From Nemertoderma westbladi (Eukaryota > Animalia > Xenacoelomorpha): a DNA stretch of 54,131 bases. A model generated the notes under the pieces. The model saw nothing but the letters and a program-made list of their open reading frames with translations, was not told the origin of the DNA and made no database searches. The stretch covers positions 1 to 54,131 of the forward strand of contig JAUCBJ010004832.1 in assembly GCA_032718475.1 (NCBI GenBank), read 5' to 3'. Made by a program: the position numbers and the translations under genes. This document shows positions 26,582-38,678 of the stretch, piece after piece. The stretch's first letter is position 1. The number at the start of each line of letters is the position of its first letter.

Positions 26582-26705
26582 GACAGGGAGGGAAACTGGA
26601 CGCAAATCCCATCTTGGCGAATTAATATCCCGCCTCAATGTTAAATTCTCAATTTAGGGAAAGGAGCAGGTTAGAGTGGCACGTTATTTTAACCAATACA
26701 ATAAT
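26582..26705 (+). repeat. Third copy of the fold-back arm found upstream of KCTD
   Basis: GACGCAAATCCCATCTTGGCGAATTAATATCCCGCCTCAATGTTAAATTCTCAATTTAGGGAAAGGAGCAGGT is a close reverse complement of 22625-22729. Confidence 0.85.
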
Positions 26706-27959
26706 AGAATTCTATTCTAGAATTCAACAATTCACAATTCTAGAATATTTATTACGCGTAATGGAGAAACAAGAAAGAAGATGGAGAGTTTTAAAGATAT
26801 TCTAGAATAAAGACAAAAAACCTTATAATTATAGCGATTTACGTCTGAAAATTTACACTCTAGTATTTTGATAATATGGACGTTGGATTTGCCTTGGGGA
26901 ATGAACTTGAACTTGATGGCCAATGTGAGTTGCACTGCACTCTGGTACCCAAATAGCAAACGTGTACAAACTCTTGTTGCACGAATTGTACAAAGACACC
27001 GTTTGTTGAGCTGCCTGAAAGGGTGCTTATAAACACCCTTTTACTTTTCGTCACATTTACATGCCCAAATAATAAATGTTAATAATATTAAATTAATCCT
27101 CGCCTCTCACATATTAGAGGTACACTACTATGCCTCATACAGTACTAAATCCTCGCATTACACCAATGTGACTCTCTCCATAGGCCGTGGTGTACAAGTA
27201 GATTGTAAAAACATGTTATTTGTCACTGTACTGATTTCGATGCCACACTACTCAGGATTACGATGCATAACTACATGTGTATGTGTTCCTGAGGAATAGT
27301 AAGAAATGAATGACTAGAATAATCATGATAGGAAACCCGTAAGGTATAGAGCGTGTAGGCCTATAGGCTACTGCTATACCAGTAACCACACCCTTGTTTT
27401 GTTGTTCCTTGCTGACATCCCCATAACATATCCAGCACTTTTATATGGATCGTCGTGTTCCATTAATCCCACGAGCCTGATTGAAACACACATGTAACAC
27501 AGCGGATTCCCTGTAGCGTCAACGGATCTTATTAATAATGTATATATTTAACGAAAGCTCCTATGTATAGATATACAGTATATATATATATAGGCCTAAA
27601 TATATTATAATATATGCCTTGCCATAACAATTTTTCCTGAAAGGTAACCATAAAACCACTCCACATCGAGACACTGCAATAACAACAAACGCAAAAAATA
27701 TGCGTTAGTGTACTTGAACACAAAACGTCCAGTCCAGTCCGAGATCGGTTTATTTATTACCATGTACAATAACCTCCAAGATTAAATACAATTTATTTTA
27801 ATCTCATTGACAGTGCTGTTCTTTTCTTATTGTACAGTATCCAATGAAAGATCACGTTGGCGGTTGTATTTTTATTTTGTTGCAGTAGGAATAATGTATA
27901 GTTGAAGATGTTTTTTCCTGTGTACAAAAATACAAAAGCACCTATATTCCTGATTACCT

Positions 27960-28406
27960 TAGGTTGGCAGTTTCGCGTATGAGATTGAGCTCAGAGGGGA
28001 GCAGGGCCACGGGAGCAGGACCCCCCCGCCAATGCGATCGAGTTTGCCGCCGCTGTGACTCAGACTCAGCGGAAGATGAGAAGAGACATGTGCTGCTCCA
28101 CTGCCCCATAACAGTTTCATTACGCGAGAAATTTAATATTACTACCTGCGAGAGTTTAACCACGTTTTTCGAAGAGACTAACTTATACATTCTGTTTGCT
28201 TATATTACGCCCCATTATACCTAGTTAGATAGTTTCATTGTATATGATTAGGATATTATACTGCGAATAAATGGACATTTTCAGATAAAACGTAGGTGAG
28301 GTTTTTTTGGTTAAGACTTTTAATGCTATTGGAATTGTTATTGTTTGTGAGGTGGTTAATTATTACACGCTTGAATTTAATATTGTGAATAAACGACTAC
28401 AACTAC
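27960..28406 (+). mobile_element. Decayed LINE 3' end with C-terminal CCHC-like motif
   Basis: RMRLSS...RVCRRC...EDEKRHVLLHCP...LR matches the RLS.H...R.C..C...EDE.H.LL.CP pattern of LINE ORF2 C-termini. Downstream AATAAA is followed by an ACT/ACA microsatellite-like tail (~28388-28406). Confidence 0.55.
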
Positions 28407-29503
28407 TTCGTGAAATAACATTCTAACCTTAACATTTGCAAAGCAAGTGTCAGCGAGCGAGGAATTAAGATCACAAAGGGATCATTAGGGGTAGGGGAGT
28501 GATAACACGGAAAGAAGTACTTTTGTCACTAATTTTAATTGACCGAAAATCAATTACAGTATTTTGTCTGAGTGTGTTGAGTTTTGCATGAGTTGGCCCT
28601 ACTGCAGTACCAATAAAGGAAGCAGGATGAATTGTCAGTACGATGGTATTTTTATGAGTTATCATTAAAATCGTGTATACAAATTGTTATATGATAGGCC
28701 CGCTGTAGTAGGGCTGTAGGGCCTATATTATTTTACGAGATAATTTTTTTATTATTTTTATTTAGACTTTGGATACGTGGTGTGTCTGGTGTAGAAGGTA
28801 GTATATAAGATTAGATATTGAGGTAGAGCAGAATGCGATTTTAGCTCATTTAGCTTCACCTCAATAAACTATTTCCAATTCCGCCACTTCCTCAATTTAT
28901 TGTCTATCACTTTAGATTGTTGATGTACAAACCAGCCAATCACAGCCAATTCCATTCCAGCATTCTAAATACTGCACTCTCATTGGCAGTAGCAGTACAG
29001 ACTGATAGAGTTGTCATTAGCAAATTACACTTACTTTGCACTGACTTCACGTTCTTGGGGAAGGGACCCCTATAGCTATAAGTGTAAAATAATAAATATC
29101 TGAAGATTTGTTGCATAATCCTACAAGTTGAAGAATGGGTGTTCAAGTGGAAATTCTAATTCCTTAATCAGTTCATATGAATTGAATATATGTCAGTCTG
29201 TCAGCATATTATCTGAGCAGCTGAGTAGCACGTGTAATTGCAATAAAGTATAGGCTATATTCAGATATTATGCTGCTATGTTTTATAGGCCTAGTAAATT
29301 AATAATTAAACAGGTGCTGCACGCAGTTTAAAATTTATAACTGTATAAAAAATGAAAATTTTGGATTTAATTAATTAAAGTACCCGGTAGCTTAATTAAA
29401 CATTGAAAAGTAATTTATTAATACTGTAACCCGTCGATAAAGTGCGGGTAGGTCTGTAGGATGCATTCTTCTTACAATGTCACCCATCATAACAACTACT
29501 GTA

Positions 29504-29517
29504 GTTGCTATGGTAAC
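29504..29517. promoter_or_regulatory. X-box (RFX) consensus match
   Basis: GTTGCTATGGTAAC. Function unproven; it lies inside a repeat element ~9 kb upstream of the IFT140 ATG. Confidence 0.4.
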
Positions 29518-29636
29518 TGCTATGATTGTTGTGATAACACGACTAACACGATTCATACTGTAACATTGACCATTCGAAAGTGCATAATCATATAGGCAGA
29601 CGCAGACAGACAGACAGAAATTACGTTTATTATATT

Positions 29637-30155
29637 CAGGGCCGGATTAATGACTTGTCGGCCCGGGTGCACTTTTCACTTTTCCACTAGCAACCCCCCC
29701 CCCCCCCCCCCCCCAGTATTTATATTATCATTTTCAACTTAATATAATTAACTAAATAAGATAAATTTTAAAAAAGTTAAAATTCTACGTTTTTTTCCCA
29801 TGTAATACGTAATTACATTCTTAAATTGGTACTTTTTCGTTGCTTAACCCTATTTGGCCGGGGGGGGGGGGGGGGGGGGGGGGTCATTTTATAAAGTTTT
29901 TTGTAGTTCATCTGTATTTTTTAGTCAGATTTGTCAGAAACCGAGATTTCGTGACCTTTCTACAATTTAATGGGCTATACAAAATAGCAAACGCCATTTA
30001 TATGGCTATGTTAGTTTTCGTGCTGTGGTCCCTTTTTGAAATTTCACAGCTGACAATATGTTTTGCAGAATGCGACCCCTGGCGGACCCTTGGAGGTGAC
30101 GGCCCGGCCAGGAGCACCGACCTGCACCCATTGCACTCCCCTTAATCCGGCCCTG
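29637..30155. mobile_element. 519-bp hAT-type MITE
   Basis: Perfect 14-bp TIRs CAGGGCCGGATTAA / TTAATCCGGCCCTG and an exact 8-bp TSD ATTATATT (29629-29636 and 30156-30163). Confidence 0.92.
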
Positions 30156-32680
30156 ATTATATTAAGTTTATTACATAAAGAATTTAGACTGATAGACAAG
30201 AAATTGATGCAAGAGTTTATTGAGGTGAAGCAAATAAGCTAAAATCGCATTCTGCTCTACCTAAATATATAATCTTTATCTGTAGGTAGTATGTACCTCT
30301 GATGATTCGGATAGCAGGTGTGCCGTACTATTAGAACGACTGAACGAGGTAACGGAAATCCTTATTGGGGTAAATAAGCCACTGCGCCCGGCGCATTGGA
30401 GGATAAAAGCCAGTCATAGTAATCTAAAGGAAATAAATAAATTGTTTTTGGTGGAATATTTAGTATGTAGGCCTACTGTACTGTTGTGTAAAGCTTTTTA
30501 GTCATCCATCAATTTATGACCTTCAATGTTATGGAATGTTCATGTTCACTTATCAGTGGTTCAGGGCGTGACAAAATGTTGCTACGAATCGCGGCTACAC
30601 GGTACAAAAGACTTCCTGCGTCTGGAATGTGGCAGCTTACGGATAAATTTTGAATGACCTTGTGAGAATGTCAATTAGTTTGTTGGCGGCAACAGGTTTG
30701 AATGGGTGGCCTACCCTACTCATTGAAGCAGAGCTCGTTTTACCATTAATATTCGATGTGCTGTTTCATCTTCCGGGGAATATTGACTTGATGTCGAGAG
30801 CTGAAAGGAAACAAGTCCACGGGTATTTCAATCCACCTACTGTAGCTGTTTTCGGAATCGCGTACACTATAGGCCTACAGCCGGGTTCCAGTGGAATTAT
30901 TTGAAAGCCGAATTCTTACTGTATTACACACCCAACTGCTTTCATTCCATTTTAATCAAACGATAAGTTTAAAGATTACCTCTGGGAGCATCTTAGATTG
31001 GTTCCGAGGTGCGCTGATATACCTCGCAGGGAAACAGTCTTAGTATTCGGTATTCCGCTGGTGACACTCCACTGAATCGGTTCAATGGGCGTGATGAAAA
31101 TGGGATTATGCCTCGTGTTTTTTCGCCTAAAAGCATGCAAATTGCCAGTGGCTACGTCTGAATAATTATGCAACTACTAGTTTTCCTTTGAACGGTTCCG
31201 AGAACTCGATTAAACCAGGATATACTGATACATCTCATTATCTCCTGGTCCTGAGCCGTAATTATCCCAAGAGTTTCTTTGCTTTTCGGTAGTTATTATA
31301 CAGTAGTATATGGTTAGTATGAATGTACAGCAACTTTACCGCTACAACAAAAGTAATGTAAGACACGAAGACTGGAAAATAACTAGCTGATCCACCACAA
31401 CACCCCCTCCCTCCCTCCAGTCACCACCTCATCAGTTTTACTTTGTGATCTACAGTATTTATGTATCTACTGTATGTATCCACCTGCAATAAAGCAGCAG
31501 TTACTCACATACAGTAAACGCCGTCATTTTAGGAAAAATATTATCAGACAAATCAGAACGAGCGCAAAGATGCTGATAATGGAGACGAGTACTATACTCG
31601 TAAATCACCTTGGTTAGAACATTGTACGATGTTCCGGTACTGTATAATTTTGATCAGTACCGATAGTAGATTGTTATATGCAATATATGTTGGTGACCTT
31701 ATGTACTGGAACCGCAACGAGTGTTGCATTGGAAACGAGAATGTCTTGACTATATTCCTACACTACCTGATTTTTTTACTTTTTAGATCGTCTAAGTAGT
31801 CCCAGAATATTGTTTTATTATGTACATAGCTGAAAGTCTACTTTTTTACTTCTGGTGTTCTTCTTGTTAAAAGTTGATAGAAAGGCGCGATATAAATATA
31901 TTATTATTATTGATTTAGCATTTGGACGATAAATAATTGTTTCTGCTAATAATGGACCTGAATACTGGGATCAAACAATGGTTCAAAGTGTCGTATTGTA
32001 TACATGATACATACCAGTATAGTTGGTGGTAATAATCTATAACCTACACCAAAACAAAACGCGCCTAAGTCTTAATATTTCTGAGAGAGCCTCTTAGCTT
32101 AGTAATTTTCCAAAGCCTTGAATTTCAATACTGTAGCTTTGTATTTATTGAAGAAAAACACCAAATTCAATTTTCCACCCACCGTTATAATTTGCTGCAG
32201 TTGGGCCACCTGGATTACTCCGCTTTACACAGTACATCCGCAACGTATATGTCAATGGCCTCTTGAGCTCTTGGATAGCTTATCATAAAGGTCAATGACC
32301 GACAAATCATATGAATCAGTGCACATTTTTCGGTTGCTATTTGTGGAAATTCAGTCCCGTTGCGCCAATTTTTATTATTAACTCTATGGTACAGTAGGGG
32401 CCACAATACAACGCATTGTATAAGAAATGTAAAAAAAGTTTAGATTTAACAAATTTATATTTAGCGCTATTGCTACTGTATATATAGCTTTCCGCGAATC
32501 ACGCCTTCATTGTCAATTCGCTTGTTTTCGTCAAGAGCATCTGATGTATGGGATTGAGCACTTCCAAGTGAGAAGAATGCTCCCCCACTTCCTTTCCAAT
32601 TAGAGCGACCGGCCCTCATAGACTTCCCCTCCACGTAGAATTCCCTCACCCCCCCCCCCCCCCCCCTCAGCTTACAGTAT

Positions 32681-33582
32681 AATACCCTCACGTCCACCTC
32701 TCCCATTTAGATGCCCACACGTCAGCCCACACGTCCACCTCTCCCAGTTAGAATGCCATCACGTCCACCTCTCCCATTTAGAATGCCCTCACTTCCACCT
32801 CTCCCATTTAGAATGCCCTCTCCTCTCCATTTAGAATGCCATCACGTCCACCTCTCCCATTTAGAATGTCCTCTCCTCTCCATTTAGAATGCCCTCACGT
32901 CCACTTCTCCCATTTAGAATGCCCTCTCATCTCCATTTAGAATGCCCTCACGTCCACCTCTCCCATTTAGAATGCCCTCTCCTCTTCATTTAGATGCCCA
33001 CACGTCCACCTCTCCCAGTTAGAATGCCATCACGTCCACCTCTCCCATTTAGAATGCCCTCACGTCCACCTCTCCCATTTAGAATGCCCTCTCATCTCCA
33101 TTTAGAATGCCCCCACGTCCACCTCTCCCATTTAGAATGCCCTCTCATCTCCATTTAGAATGCCCACACGTCCGCCCACACGACCACCTCTCCATTTAGA
33201 ATGCCCTCACGTCCACCTCTCCCATTTAGAATACCCTCTCATCTCCATTTAGAATGCCCTCACGTCCACCTCTCCCATTTAGAATGCCCTCTCATCTCCA
33301 TATAGAATGCCCCCACGTCCACCTCTCCCATTTAGAATGCCCTCTCATCTCCATTTAGAATGCCCACACGTCCGCCCACACGTCCGCCCACACGACCACC
33401 TCTCCATTTAGAATGCCCTCACGTCCACCTCTCCCATTTAGAATACCCTCTCATCTCCATTTAGAATGCCCTCACGTCCACCTCTCCCATTTAGAATGCC
33501 CTCTCCTCTCCATTTAGAATGCCCACACGTCCGCCCACACGACCACCTCTCCATTTAGAATGCCCACACGTCCACCTCTCCA
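32681..33582. repeat. Composite 30-bp/23-bp minisatellite
   Basis: Units CACGTCCACCTCTCCCATTTAGAATGCCCT and CTCATCTCCATTTAGAATGCCCT mostly alternate. Confidence 0.93.
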
Positions 33583-33786
33583 GACTGACTTGCCCCTTTC
33601 CCTTAATTCAGTAATTACCGGTATGGTCACTGGTCAGATGGTTGGACAAGGACAGAAGGACAATACACAAGATATGCGCGAAGGGAAAGTACCGGTATCT
33701 GCTTGTACAGTAGTACCGGTCAGCTGGTAGATATGTTCCTAAAGCAAAGGCTGAAAGGGTAGAAGGGTCATGAGCAGGGGGGTGTT

Positions 33787-34050
33787 TGAAAAAGGTGGAC
33801 TGGACACAGAAAACATGGACAACGGACAGACCAATCAGAAAACGTATTAAGCAAAGCAGTTTGTAGCAATTGGTTTGTCCACCTTTTTCAAGTTTTCTCT
33901 TTCTTAATTACATAATTGGGAATAAGATGTGTGTTTGAAAAAGGTGGACAGGACACAGGCACATTAAACATACGTAGATGATAGTCTGACCAATCAAAAA
34001 CGTATTAAGGCAATGCTATTTCGTAGTGTTTGGACTGTCCACCTTTTTCA
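33787..34050. repeat. Two tandem ~105-115-bp mini inverted-repeat units
   Basis: TGAAAAAGGTGGAC...GTCCACCTTTTTCA at 33787-33890 and 33936-34050, each with an internal ACCAATCA..AAACGTATTAA. Confidence 0.8.
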
Positions 34051-34071
34051 GGTTTAAATTATCTATCTATA

Positions 34072-34590
34072 ATCGGCATGCTGGAAGCAGCTGCATTAAG
34101 AATGCTGTCGGTGTCCTAGGCGTATCTACCCCCCCCCCCCCCCCCCCCCGCGCGTAATGCCCCCCTATAGACTTACAGTATAATAATAGTAGGTCTAGCG
34201 TACCGTACAGCACTTCAACTTGGATTTATTGGTTTATTTTTGTGGTTGGGGTTAGTTAGTCAGGCCCAAACCCTAATAATTAGGGTTTGGGGTTACATGA
34301 CAGTTTTAATTAAGGTTTTGGTCCTCCATTTCCACTTTGAATTAGGGTTTCGGACCGCCACTCCCAAAATATCGGGTGACAATGCTCTGGGCGGGGGGAT
34401 CCGGATATGGCACAAGGCAAAAATGCCCGCGGGGGCATTCCTCGTGGGGAGCATTTTCGCTTGATAACACCGGGCTGTCGACAAAATTGCGCCGCCACAA
34501 CTCCTTATCACCCCTCTTGACTTTCGCGAAATTATCTGCAACTTCAAGGACAGTGACTTTTAAGAGGCGTTTCAAGAAAGTCATGGTCTT
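34072..34590 (-). mobile_element. Older 3' fragment of the same RTE family, split by a DNA element
   Basis: 34072-34108 matches ~11746-11786 (ATCGGCATGCTG..GCAGCTGCAT..AAGAATGCTGT). 34473-34590 encodes MTFLKRLLK...GDKELWRRNFVD, versus MTFLRRILK...GDRELWRCNFVD in the young copy. Confidence 0.85.
34109..34472 (+). mobile_element. 364-bp non-autonomous element with short CGGTGT...ACACCG termini
   Basis: Cleanly interrupts the RTE fragment. Imperfect TIRs CGGTGTCCTAGGCG / CGCTTGATAACACCG, internal TAGGGTT motifs, and a second partial copy at 20535-20715. Confidence 0.75.
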
Positions 34591-35381
34591 CAATTATTCA
34601 ACTAAATACTGCAGTACTGTAATAAAAAATATTCTGGAATATTTTGTTTTTTTAATGGAGTAGCTACGCAATAGTAAAATGACATCAAACTATTAATACT
34701 CGTCAAACAAAATAAATAATAATGTCTAAGAATTTTGTTTTATGTATGGAATAGAATAAATGGCCTGCACGTTGCAGCGGAAGCAAATACCTGCAATTTT
34801 TGAACGCCGATATACTGTATCAGCTATTTCTCAACGAACTAATACTGTACAGTAGTTGTTTACTTATTTAGAATCGTTGCAACGACAGCTTTCCAATTCT
34901 TCGAACCAATATAAGGACGAAGAATAACGGCGATGCGACTGCGGTGCAATATCGACAAAATTATTTATTAAACAATTTCTTTTAAAACAGAAATTATAAT
35001 AATAAGCATGATTTTAAACGAAAACTACATATGCCTTCAGTTGTTAGGGGCGCCTATTGTAAAATAAATAATACTTTATTTACTTTACTTGATTTCGCGC
35101 CTCGATCTGGCTTATTTACTACCTCGCTGCGCTCGGTCTTTTAATAACAGATCTCGGGATGAACGGTAAATAAAGCATATTATATTTCCCTCACAGTACA
35201 ATAGATAGTTATTATATAATTAACTTTATACGCGGTAATGCGCTAGAATATTTATATTCCAATGTTGATGCTAAGGCTCAGCTCACAGACATCGTGGCTC
35301 GCCCCATATTATTGAACCAGGCCTACTGTACTTCGACAACTTCGGTTGGTCACAGTAAATATGGGATAATAATAACAACAA

Positions 35382-35400
35382 TCTATACCTATAAAAATCA

Positions 35401-35466
<66 letters not shown>

Positions 35467-35530
35467 GTGTTCGAACTCCTCCAAAACGGGCAGAGGGATT
35501 GCGCTGGAACTTGGCATGTGTGTATAACTT
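35382..35530 (+). mobile_element. Helitron-like non-autonomous 5' end with (CT)n microsatellite
   Basis: A|TCTATACCTATAAAAATC followed by (CT)n (~35405-35466) and ACTCCTCCAAAACGG...GAACTTGGCATG. 3' end not securely located. Confidence 0.55.
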
Positions 35531-36619
35531 TAACCAGCGGTCGTTATAGGCCACGGTAACATGCCTCGGGTATTGCCTGCTCTTAATCCATAAAAAACAT
35601 TTGAAAGTGTATGAAAAACGTGGGCAGAGCTGATATAATGTGCAAATCAATCTAATTGGTCAATTCATTGCCTGTTCTTTCTCAACCCAGTCTTATTCAA
35701 ATCCTTATTTTCAAAACCTTATTCAAATTTTGAATTTGGGGGGAGGGGGAAATCCGCGAGCACATTTCTGGATTTCAGGATTTTGTCCCTTTTAGCTGAT
35801 TAGGCTGTTGCTGTCGACTGTGGTGTTCGGGTTACCAGTTACTGGGTTAGGACCATCCTGCCATCACCTGGGACCATCTGACCCTGACCATGACTGCATG
35901 ATACTGTAATGTTCTGATGTTAGGTTTAGGCTACTCCTTAGCACTTAGTAAACGACCGGGTCGAACATTTTGCCGGGCCCGGTTCCCGGCACCCAGTCAG
36001 CCGGTTCCCGGGTCAGTCTCCAAAAGGCTGGGTCCGGGTCAACACTTGTGATACCGGTATCAAAATTGATACAAATAAAAAAAAATCGAAAAAAATGATA
36101 GGGGGCCTAAATCAAAAGAAAAAAAAATGAAAAAAAAAATCGAAAATGATACCGTACGGTATAAAATATAGGCTTAAGAAGACCACCTACCAGCCTACCG
36201 GTACTGCTTTAGGCAACTTTGTGTACTGGTTCGCGGACCGAGGTACCCAAATTGCAGATTTTAGTTATGTAATATTAACAGTACATCGGCATAATATATT
36301 TTTGTATAATATGATCATGCACAATTAAATACAGAAATATACTGTACCGGCATATGTTCTTTGCCCACTATAGCAATAGACTGATAGATAGATGTTTAAA
36401 TATTTATAAATTACAACCAGTGTAAAATCTAAATCAGCGATTGATTTAAAATTCTACAGCTTTACTGTTCCGGACCTAAGACCTAACAATAACCTGTGAA
36501 TAAATCAGATGATGTATGATGTTCATGAGCAAGCTTGATGACCGTTGTATATACTGCCGTCCTATCTTGTTGTTAGATCAGGTGTAATTTTTAATGAAAA
36601 CCTATTAGAAGCGGTCCAA

Positions 36620-38130
36620 ATACTGAAATACCAGTAGTATATCATACTCCTGGTATTTGGTACGCACTATCTCACTATGGGATTTTTAAATACCCGCGCT
36701 TTTGGATTTTTAAATTCCAACCCCAAAACATTCCAAGCCCCAATTTTTATGATTTGGCCCCCAAAGAAACCCTTTTCCTTGGGGAAATTCCCCCAGAACA
36801 AACACAATACAGTTGCAAAATGATTTAGAAATAAGTGATTGCCTATATACTACTGGTATTTGGTCTTGCCTAATGCTTTCCAATGTACAATTTGTAATGG
36901 AAGCCTATAGGAACGGACCAACTATCGGTTGTATATACATACTCCTGGTATTTGGTTCGCACTATGAGATTTTTAATTTCCGGTGATATTAGATTTTTAA
37001 ACACCAACCCCAAAACATTCCAAGCCCCATTTTTTCTGATTTGGCCCCCAAAGAAACCCTTTTCCCGGGGGAACTTCCCCCAGAACAAACACAATAATGC
37101 TGCTAAATGATTTAGAAATAAGTGATTGCCTATATATATACTACTGGTATTTGGTCCGGCCTAATGCTTTCCAATGTAAAATTTGTAATGGAAGCCTATA
37201 GGAGCGGACCAACTATCGGTAGTATATCATACTCCTGGTATTTGGTCCGCACTATGAGATAATTAAATACCCGCACTATTGGATTTTTAAACACCAACCC
37301 CAAAACATTCCAAGCCCCATTTTTTCTGATTTGGCCCCCAAAGAAACCCTTTTCCTTGGGGAAATTCCCCCAGAACAAACACAATACAGTTGCAAAATGA
37401 TTTAGAAATAAGTGATTGCCTATATACTACTGGTATTTGGTCTTGCCTAATGCTTTCCAATGTACAATTTGTAATTGAAGCCTATAGGAGCGGACCAACT
37501 ATCGGTTGTATATACATACTCCTGGTATTTGGTTCGCACTATAAGATTTTTAATTTCCGGTGATATTAGATTTTTAAACACCAACCCCAAAACATTCCAA
37601 GCCCCATTTTTTCTGATTTGGCCGCCAAAGAAACCCTTTTCCCGGGGGAACTTCCCCCAGAACAAACACAATAATGCTGCTAAATGATTTAGAAATAAGT
37701 GATTGCCTATATATATACTACTGGTATTTGGTCCGGCCTAATGCTTTTCAATGTAAAATTTGTAATGGAAGCCTATAGGAGCGGACCAACTATCGGTAGT
37801 ATATCATACCGGTACTCCTGGTATTTGGTCCGCACTATGAGATACCGTAATTAAATACCCGCACTATTGGATTTTTAAACACCAACCCCAAAACATTCCA
37901 AGCCCCATTTTTTCTGATTTGGCCCCCAAAGAAACCCTTTTCCCGGGGGATCTTCCCCCAGAACAAACACAACACTGTTGCTAAATGATTTAGAAATAAG
38001 TGTTTGCCTATATATATACTACTGGTATTTGGTCCGGCCTAATGCTTTTCAATGTAAAATTTGTAATGGAAGCCTATAGGAGCGAACCAACTATCGGTAG
38101 TATATACATACTCCTGGTATTTGGTCCGGT
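36620..38130. repeat. ~290-bp tandem repeat, ~5 units, with A/B dimer period 577 bp
   Basis: CTCCTGGTATTTGG recurs near 36648, 36942, 37232, 37519, 37815 and 38111. Near-identical ORF artefacts at 36870 and 37447 are 577 bp apart. Confidence 0.93.
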
Positions 38131-38490
38131 CTTAAGCAATCAGTTGGTTGTAAGTCATAATGATTGTACTGTAATGGACCAAATACTTTTCGTGTTTCAA
38201 TACGTCTTCATTAATTGATTTCATTCATTGGTGTGTTGAGGTAATCAGATGTGGTAGTGGCAGATTGGAAGACCAAACAGCTGGCCTTGAAGTACTGTAG
38301 GTACAGTTCATCTGGCACTAGCTAGTCATGTTCATTACTACTAATTGTTAGCTGGATGAAATCATTAATTACAGGTCCTGACAGTTTGAATATGTGGACG
38401 AGATTAATTACAGTAAGTGTACAAGCAGGTAGTCTTTGCTGTAAGGTCAGAAGTTTTAATAACATTGCCACCCCCAGACCCCCCGAAAAA

Positions 38491-38514
38491 GTATTTGGTC
38501 CGCGGACCAAATAC
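38491..38514. repeat. Perfect 24-bp palindrome built from the 290-bp repeat motif
   Basis: GTATTTGGTCCG|CGGACCAAATAC. Confidence 0.9.
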
Positions 38515-38678
38515 CAGTATATGGCCCATTCAATTTTCAGATTTTGCAATGTAGAAACTACCGGGTAGTCCAATGTTCAAGCTAAAATTTATCATTAGTT
38601 AAATAGGCTAGTACGGTACACGGTCTGACGGTTACCACCATCGCTGCATCGTAGTGATAGACTTTTGGCCGTTTGGCA

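Larger units (their letters stand above)
28807..30276. mobile_element. ~1.47-kb segment bounded by ~64-bp inverted repeats (non-autonomous TIR element), containing a nested hAT MITE
   Basis: AAGATTAGATATTGAGGTAGAGCAGAATGCGATTTTAGCT...CACCTCAATAAACT (28807-28870) has a near reverse complement at 30214-30276. No clean adjacent TSD. Confidence 0.7.

Noticed and set aside
30295-30360. Hammerhead ribozyme (CTGATGA ... GAAA)
   Set aside because: The flanking helices needed for the fold are not evident.
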